Positions 57,848 through 64,000 of a stretch of DNA of 64,000 nt are shown here, piece by piece. How positions within the stretch are numbered: the first letter of the stretch is position 1; each line of letters begins with the position of its first letter. The DNA is taken from contig JBBSYL010000010.1 in NCBI GenBank assembly GCA_038045265.1, forward strand, positions 582-64,581, read 5' to 3'. Position numbers and translations under genes: made by a program. The notes under the pieces were generated by a model, which worked only from the letters and a program-made list of their open reading frames with translations, was not told the DNA's origin and ran no database searches. Source of the DNA: Nanobdellota archaeon (GTDB taxonomy: Archaea > Nanobdellota > Nanobdellia > Pacearchaeales > GW2011-AR1).

Positions 57848-58154
57848 AATTATGCCTAAGTTTATCTCTTTCTCTTTCATTAGCAATTTTATTCAAGGAG
57901 TTCAAAAGACCTAATAAACCTACTAGGCCTGTAATTCCAAACTCTGCTGATGTATGATAAATATCTTCATTCGCCCTATAATGTGCTTCACAATTATTAA
58001 TACTGCCTGATCTTCTGCATTCCATACTATGCGCCATTCTATTGGCAAATATCTGTTTATCACCATACCACCTAGATAATCCGCTCACATGCGATAAAAT
58101 AGGTAAAGCTAATGTGGCTATTGCAATTCCAGCATATTTTTTTATATTTTTCAT
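57828..58154 (-). CDS. Small two-TM orphan protein
   Basis: About 108 aa, two hydrophobic segments, directly downstream of the TrmB gene. Confidence 0.6.
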   Translation of the reverse strand: MKNIKKYAGIAIATLALPILSHVSGLSRWYGDKQIFANRMAHSMECRRSGSINNCEAHYRANEDIYHTSAEFGITGLVGLLGLLNSLNKIANERERDKLRHNFNLLQH

Positions 58155-58156
58155 CT

Positions 58157-58933
58157 TCAATTCTTCAAACTCTTTTCAACAATACTATGAAGTGATTGCG
58201 TGAAGAAATCTGAGTTAAGCCAGATGGCCATTTCTTCTTCTGAACTTTCAGGAGTAATCATTAATAGGGCTTGAGTCTTATCTGACATGAAAAATCTTGC
58301 AGGAGAATCCAAGGCTCTTGCCTTTATTCCATGTTTAAGTGAAAGTTTCTTAACTTTTTCAGGTTCTCCAGATAAAGCAATTTTTACTTTAATATTATTT
58401 TTAGCAAGTTTTTCCAAAGCTGGAATTAAAACTCTTGACTTATCTTCAAAGTCAAGTGCTGATGTACATATCATTACTTCTTTTTTAGAACTTTCAACTA
58501 ATTCTCTAAGCTTTGAAAGTATATTTGATCTTCCTTTTACTGATCCTGTTATCTCATGTGATTTAATAGGATTTATTCCAGTTGTATGCAACTGCTCTAG
58601 TTCTGTGTATTCTGAAGTTGTTTTTAGATTAGACAATGAGTTTACCTTTTCATTGGCTGTCTGAAGGGTTTCTGACTTCATCTTTTCAATAACTTCTGTT
58701 GGCTTTACTGCGATGTACTTCACAGGTTTTCCAATTTTAACTATCGCAAATCCACGTTTTTCCAAGGATTCTAATACATCATAAGTTCTTGACCTTGGTA
58801 CATTTGAAATCTCTGCGATTTCTCCAGCTGATGCAATACCTTTTGAAAGCAAGGCAAGCCAGACTTTAGTCTCATAAATATTAAGATTAAAGTATTCCTT
58901 TACTCTCTTTACCAATTCTGGTTTAATTATCAT
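58157..58933 (-). CDS. TrmB family transcriptional regulator
   Basis: LNIYETKVWLALL, VPRSRTYDVLESLEKRGF, GKPVKY. Confidence 0.93.
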   Translation of the reverse strand: MIIKPELVKRVKEYFNLNIYETKVWLALLSKGIASAGEIAEISNVPRSRTYDVLESLEKRGFAIVKIGKPVKYIAVKPTEVIEKMKSETLQTANEKVNSLSNLKTTSEYTELEQLHTTGINPIKSHEITGSVKGRSNILSKLRELVESSKKEVMICTSALDFEDKSRVLIPALEKLAKNNIKVKIALSGEPEKVKKLSLKHGIKARALDSPARFFMSDKTQALLMITPESSEEEMAIWLNSDFFTQSLHSIVEKSLKN

Positions 58934-58997
58934 GTATCAGTGATAAAAAAAGGGTATATAAATCTTTCTACTTTGTTGTAACTTCTAGGTGACACGA

Positions 58998-59915
58998 TTA
59001 TATGAGATATGCTATGGCCAAGGCTACAAAGCACCCAACGCTTATGAAAGGTAAGGCTGGATAGAACTTTCCTTTTTCTGATTTGTATAATAAAAAGGCC
59101 AAGGCTATGGTTGCTCCTATTGAAACTAACAAAGAAGCGAACAGGCCTAAAGAATTAAGAACTGTGCCTGCGAGAATAATTGGAAATACTATATCTCCCC
59201 CGCCTAAAATTGCGACACTTACTTTTACTTCTTTCTTTTTTCCAGATTTCTCTGCTTCTTTAAGCAATAATTTGTCTTTCTTTGATAAGTAGGGAACAAA
59301 GAATCCTGAGAAGACTTTAACCTTATTTATCTGGTAATGTGCCATTTTTTGCATAAACTTTGCATGCCATACTGCATACATATCATATGCGGAGAATATT
59401 ATGAAGAGCAGGACAGCTGTGCCCACATTAAGTAATGGAACAAATATTGCCGCTATTCCAGGATAAATTAATAGTTCAGTCAAGTTATGAACTATAATGT
59501 TTCTTCTGAAAACTTTGAAGTAAGCGAGGATTAAAGCGACACCTAAAACAATTAGAGAGGCATAGGGGAAAGTTTTGAAAGGGGCAAATAAAGAGACAGC
59601 TATTGCAATTATGACTACAATAAAGAACCATATTCGAAGAAGCAACTCTGCTTTAAAGCGCATCAAAAAAATTATGGCAATTATTGCTATAATAAAGGCA
59701 AAAACAATCGACCAGAGATTTTTAGTTTTGGAAGTTTCTTGCGGAGGTTCTAATCCATAAGGCAGACCATGACTTGTGATATTTATTATTGTCTCGTTGT
59801 CTAGTTGTATTGGAATTATCTCTGGCTTGTATAAATTAAGAACAAATATCCCCACTAGTTGAGCAATAAGAAATAGAACTAATAGAATCGCTGTAACTTT
59901 AATGGAATGTTTCAT
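58998..59915 (-). CDS. Presenilin-family intramembrane aspartyl protease
   Basis: SAYDMYAVW, LGGGDI, PALPF; multiple TMs. Confidence 0.92.
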   Translation of the reverse strand: MKHSIKVTAILLVLFLIAQLVGIFVLNLYKPEIIPIQLDNETIINITSHGLPYGLEPPQETSKTKNLWSIVFAFIIAIIAIIFLMRFKAELLLRIWFFIVVIIAIAVSLFAPFKTFPYASLIVLGVALILAYFKVFRRNIIVHNLTELLIYPGIAAIFVPLLNVGTAVLLFIIFSAYDMYAVWHAKFMQKMAHYQINKVKVFSGFFVPYLSKKDKLLLKEAEKSGKKKEVKVSVAILGGGDIVFPIILAGTVLNSLGLFASLLVSIGATIALAFLLYKSEKGKFYPALPFISVGCFVALAIAYLI

Positions 59916-59947
59916 AGAGAAATTTATGAAAGGAAGTTTTTAAGGGT

Positions 59948-61828
59948 TTACTTTAATCTAACAGTCTCAAGATTTCTAGGAACAATTGTTTCTGCTCTGT
60001 TAAGTTTATACAAAGTAGAAGCAAGGTCTAGAGATTTAGAAACTTCTCCGTGGTTTATTAAAATCTTCTTTGGTTTTGGAATCATCCTATTTACATATTG
60101 CAATAATTCTCCTCTTCCTGAATGTCCTGAAAGCCCGTATATTAAAGCTGTTTCCATTTTTATAACAACATTATGGCCGTCAATAGATACTTCTCCAGCT
60201 CCTTCCTGAATCTTTCTACCAGCAGAGCCCGGACCCTGATAAGATGAAAGTATTAGAAGATTATTAGGATTATCTGCAAGATTTTTGAAATATTCAACGG
60301 ATGCTCCACCAGTAAGCATTCCAGATGTTGCGATAATAATACAGGAACCTCCCTCTATGACTTCTTTTCTCTCTGTTGGGGAGCCTACGCGTTTGAAAAT
60401 ATCTGAAAGAAATGGGTTGTTATCTTGGAATATTTGGTTTCTGACTGAGGCCGCTAAATAATCTGGATAAGCTGTATGAATTGCATTAATATCCCATATC
60501 ATCCCATCAATATATACTGGAATTTTTGGTAGAAATCCTGTTCTAATTGCTTCTTCTACACGAAGCATCGTCTCTTGTGCGTGACCGGTTCCTAGTTCTG
60601 GAAGCAAGACTTTTCCACCCCTCTCTATCGCTTTCTTGACTAGGACTAAGAATTTTTCATCAATTTCTTTTCTTGGGGGTAAAATATCATCTTTTCCCCC
60701 ATATGTGGATTCTATCATTAAAGTTTCAACTCTTGGAAAATGGTTCACTGCTGGATCAAGGATACTTGTTTTTCTATAATTTGTATCTGCGCCATAAACC
60801 AGATTGTGAAGCCCATTTCCAATGTTTATATGGGTTTGTGCTGAACCAAAAGTATGGCCTGCGTTGTAGAATGTTATTCTTATATCTGGGGTTATATCGG
60901 TGACTTCTCCATAACCTAACGTGATAGAATGTCTTACCATCTCTTTAACATCTTCTGCCTTATATAGTGGATGCGTCGCCTGTTTATATGCTACCCCTAT
61001 TAAATCTAGACACATTAAGGCACCTATATCTCTGGTTGGCTCAGTCATATAAACTGGCCCCTTATATCCCATTTTGTAAAGATAAGGAACAAGACCTATG
61101 TGATCTAAGTGCGCATGTGAAACTATCACTGCATCTATTGAATTTATGTCTCCTATTTCTGCTATGTTGAGATAAGGAAATCTCTCTGGTCCTTCCTGAA
61201 CTGCTACGTTTATCCCGCAATCCATTAAAATTTTCGAGTTCGGGGTATGTAAAAGAATACAGGAACGTCCAACTTGCCTTCCTCCGCCAAGATATGTAAC
61301 CCTTATCCACAAATCCATTTTTTCTGAGCTCCAATCTGTATAAATTTTCTTTCCTATTTCATTAAGGAATTTTCTTCTATATGTATTATTCGCGTAGAGT
61401 ACAGAACGAATTTTTTCTGTTATTTTAGAAGGAATGGAGGGAGATCTTTGCACAGATGGAGACCAGAATGTTGATCTTCTTATATCTGAGAGTAAAGAAC
61501 CTTGTTTGCCTATAACTAAGCCAGGTTTTTTAGCTTCTATTATTACACTTGATCTTTGTACATCAAAAATAACATTTGTTATCTCCGCTTCTTCTGAAAT
61601 TAGTGCTCGTATTGTCTTTTCCGTTTCTGCTTCAGGAGCAAGAATGCTCTTATCTGCTCTTAGCTCTATTCTTTTCTTTATTCTATTTACTGCTTTTTTT
61701 ATCTCTTCTTCTCCTTCTCTGAAAAATTCTTTATCTTCTGTGTATAGGACTATATTTGCGCCTTCAAAAGTAGCATCGCTTATTTTGCGAGATAGTTCGT
61801 CCTTTATGTTTTTTAAGATGTCTGCCAT
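59948..61828 (-). CDS. beta-CASP ribonuclease aCPSF1 (FttA) with KH domains
   Basis: KPGLVIGK, QVGRSC, SHAHLDH, NAGH, ESTYG, SGHS, NHGE. Confidence 0.95.
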   Translation of the reverse strand: MADILKNIKDELSRKISDATFEGANIVLYTEDKEFFREGEEEIKKAVNRIKKRIELRADKSILAPEAETEKTIRALISEEAEITNVIFDVQRSSVIIEAKKPGLVIGKQGSLLSDIRRSTFWSPSVQRSPSIPSKITEKIRSVLYANNTYRRKFLNEIGKKIYTDWSSEKMDLWIRVTYLGGGRQVGRSCILLHTPNSKILMDCGINVAVQEGPERFPYLNIAEIGDINSIDAVIVSHAHLDHIGLVPYLYKMGYKGPVYMTEPTRDIGALMCLDLIGVAYKQATHPLYKAEDVKEMVRHSITLGYGEVTDITPDIRITFYNAGHTFGSAQTHINIGNGLHNLVYGADTNYRKTSILDPAVNHFPRVETLMIESTYGGKDDILPPRKEIDEKFLVLVKKAIERGGKVLLPELGTGHAQETMLRVEEAIRTGFLPKIPVYIDGMIWDINAIHTAYPDYLAASVRNQIFQDNNPFLSDIFKRVGSPTERKEVIEGGSCIIIATSGMLTGGASVEYFKNLADNPNNLLILSSYQGPGSAGRKIQEGAGEVSIDGHNVVIKMETALIYGLSGHSGRGELLQYVNRMIPKPKKILINHGEVSKSLDLASTLYKLNRAETIVPRNLETVRLK

Positions 61829-61855
61829 GTTTAGATTAAATAAATGAATGTGAAA

Positions 61856-62509
61856 TTATTTGTATTGTGGTAGAATTTCCTCAGAAACTGCGTGAGTTAT
61901 TCCAGATTTTGTTATTGTAAAAACATCAATACCGTTGCCGGATGCTGTATCTCTTTGTGTAGATGATTTTATACATTCTTTTGCCAACTCTATTCCTTCT
62001 TTTATTGATAACCCTTCTTTATACTGTCTTTCCAATAAACCGATTACAAAAAGCATTCCGCTTCCTGTTGCATCATAATCTTTTATCAACCTTATATCTC
62101 CTGCTGGAGAAATAGCATATATTTCAAATGTTCCATCTTCATTAAATCCTCCACAAATGCTTCCTACAATATTTGGAATCATTGCGGGGGTCCTTATGTT
62201 TCTATAAACAGACATTGCAATGAGATTTGCAGCCTCTCTAACACTTGGCCTTGACTTGGACCTCAATTCTTTTAATCTTAGTTCTGCCGCAATTACTTTT
62301 GAAAGAAGTATAGCATCCGAAGCATTGCCGGCAAGAGACATAAGCATGTAATCATTAAGCTGTCTTATTTTTCTTATCGCTTTATCTACAACTAATCCTC
62401 CACCAGATGAAGCACGCCTATCTGAAGCTATTATCACACCATCCTTGCAGGTAATTCCCACTAAAGTGGTGCCCATTTTTATTACGTTGCCTTTAATCTC
62501 TTGATCCAT
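61856..62509 (-). CDS. psmB: Proteasome subunit beta
   Basis: Propeptide G|TTLVG, DRRAS, TGSG, RDTASG. Confidence 0.96.
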   Translation of the reverse strand: MDQEIKGNVIKMGTTLVGITCKDGVIIASDRRASSGGGLVVDKAIRKIRQLNDYMLMSLAGNASDAILLSKVIAAELRLKELRSKSRPSVREAANLIAMSVYRNIRTPAMIPNIVGSICGGFNEDGTFEIYAISPAGDIRLIKDYDATGSGMLFVIGLLERQYKEGLSIKEGIELAKECIKSSTQRDTASGNGIDVFTITKSGITHAVSEEILPQYK

Positions 62510-62539
62510 AGAATAAACCTCTATTTCTAGATAGGCAAA

Positions 62540-64000
62540 TTATATTATATCAGTATTTAAGTTTTTTGGTATGCTTATATCTCTTTTCCCTGCCCTTGAA
62601 ACTCCTTCTAATTTTCTGACTTCAATAAGCTCGTCGACAAAACTTTCTATCTTTGTTTCATGGCTGACTATTATAAGTTGTCTAACATCTAATTGCTCTA
62701 AAACGTCCCTTATTTTATCAACTTGTGCTTCTGAAAAGCCCTCTGTAGGCTCATCAAGAATAATAATGTCTTTTGTTCTAATAGTGCTATGCACTGAATT
62801 TATTGTTTGATTTAAAGCTAACCTATATGCTAGGGCAATAGCAGTTCTTTCGCCTCCCGATATGAATGAATAATCCATTTCAACCCCATCTAATATTATT
62901 AGGGGCGTAAAATTTTCATCCAGCTGAACCTCAAAGGAATCTCCAGCAAGCATATGGAACCAGCTGTTGAAAAATCTTGAAAATTCTTCTCTAAGCTTTA
63001 TCATAACTTGCCTTTCTATTAGATCTATGATTGCAGAGAACTGAGTTGAAAGCCAGCCAGACAATTCATGCAAAGAATTTAGTTTTATCCTTGAGAATTC
63101 TTTTTTCTCTATTGAATTTTCCAGCTCCTTAACTCTTATATTTGACAATTCAAGCTCTTTATTTGACTCCGCAAGAGTTATTTCTGCTCTTTTCTCTTCA
63201 ATTAGTGCTAATTTTAGCTCTGTGGTTTTTTTAAGGTGGATATTTTGAAAGGGTGCAAGTTTAAGCGATTGTTCTTTAAGACCAGAAATATGCTGGTTAA
63301 GCAAAGCTATATCTTTCTGCAGAGATTTTTTTAAATCCTGTATTTTTTGTGTTCTTGCCATGGCTTTTTCAATAAAAGAGAACTTGGAACGGGCTATTTC
63401 CAATTCAGATTTCTTTAACTCTAGAATTGATAGTCTTTCTTTTATTGTGGTTATCGCTTCATTGATTCTTTTGCTTTCTTCTTCTTTCTCCTGCTTCTGC
63501 TTTTTTGCTGAAACAATGTTCTTATCCATTTCTAAAGAGATATTATGCTTATGCGCATGAGGAACATCTTGGAGACACATGGGGCACATTTCTATAGAGA
63601 AAACCCTCTCCTTATTTTGAGCAAGTTCTTTTACTTTACTTTCAATAGAATTTAGAGAAGCAAGCGAGCTTAGAAACTGGGAGTTTAGCTTTTCAAGATT
63701 TTCTTTTTCATTGTTCATTTCACCAATTATCTCTAAATATTCTTTCTCGTCAAATTTCTTCCCAGGATTAGACAAGGTTTCTAATGCTTCCTCTTCTTCT
63801 TTTGATAACAACATTATGTTTTCCGTTTTAGAACCTATCATCATTTTTGTCTTCTCAATTTCTATTTCTATCTGTTCTTTTTCCTGTATCTTCTCTGCTA
63901 TCTTATCCAACTCCATTTCTATAACTTTTCTTAGTTCAACTTTCTTCCTTATCTCTTCTCTATTCTCTTTTATTCTTGCGTTTAAAATTTCTATTTTTGA
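62540..64000 (-). CDS. rad50: Rad50/SbcC-like SMC ATPase, C-terminal part (5' end outside window)
   Basis: Coiled coil, Zn-hook CPMC, signature ISGGE, Walker B IILDEPT, IIVSH; frame open to the window edge. Confidence 0.88.
   Translation of the reverse strand, partial: SKIEILNARIKENREEIRKKVELRKVIEMELDKIAEKIQEKEQIEIEIEKTKMMIGSKTENIMLLSKEEEEALETLSNPGKKFDEKEYLEIIGEMNNEKENLEKLNSQFLSSLASLNSIESKVKELAQNKERVFSIEMCPMCLQDVPHAHKHNISLEMDKNIVSAKKQKQEKEEESKRINEAITTIKERLSILELKKSELEIARSKFSFIEKAMARTQKIQDLKKSLQKDIALLNQHISGLKEQSLKLAPFQNIHLKKTTELKLALIEEKRAEITLAESNKELELSNIRVKELENSIEKKEFSRIKLNSLHELSGWLSTQFSAIIDLIERQVMIKLREEFSRFFNSWFHMLAGDSFEVQLDENFTPLIILDGVEMDYSFISGGERTAIALAYRLALNQTINSVHSTIRTKDIIILDEPTEGFSEAQVDKIRDVLEQLDVRQLIIVSHETKIESFVDELIEVRKLEGVSRAGKRDISIPKNLNTDII

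Noticed and set aside
2415..63560. Numerous antisense and nested ORFs in the track (e.g. 2841-3203, 7148-7654, 24228-24692, 30603-31094, 32183-32689, 35661-36203, 49168-49677)
   Set aside because: Shadows of well-supported genes, with F/S/L-rich composition mirroring K/E codons on the opposite strand
1..64000. Alternative genetic code or stop-codon readthrough
   Set aside because: Conserved genes are full length under the standard code and end with TAA, TAG or TGA at expected positions

Overview
AT-rich archaeal chromosomal window. The fused PriS-PriL primase, trimmed and divergent ribosomal proteins, near absence of metabolic genes and many Cys-rich surface proteins point to a DPANN lineage, most likely Pacearchaeota/Woesearchaeota (inference). 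The left half is mostly minus strand: uS2, RpoK, the exosome genes (rrp4/41/42), SBDS, psmA and the complete uL3-to-secY ribosomal superoperon. The right half holds PCNA, primase, surface proteins, nuclease/LTD genes, thioredoxin reductase, a type IV pilus locus (5 pilin-like genes, ATPase, two TadC, two large adhesin-like genes), oapABC, CCA enzyme, TrmB, presenilin, aCPSF1, psmB and the 3' part of rad50. The most notable unexplained items are: (1) a cassette inside the exosome operon made of a very basic 80-aa protein followed immediately by a 154-bp element with a 15-bp perfect inverted repeat and covarying GNRA hairpins; (2) a second covarying multi-hairpin element before the pilin operon; (3) an ArmA/Rmt/FmrO-like rRNA methyltransferase inside the pilus locus; (4) a divergent MJ1255-type glycosyltransferase / LtaS-like gene pair; (5) orphan genes slotted into conserved operons. 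No rRNA, tRNA, CRISPR array or transposase was recognised. All family assignments come from motif recognition, not database searches.
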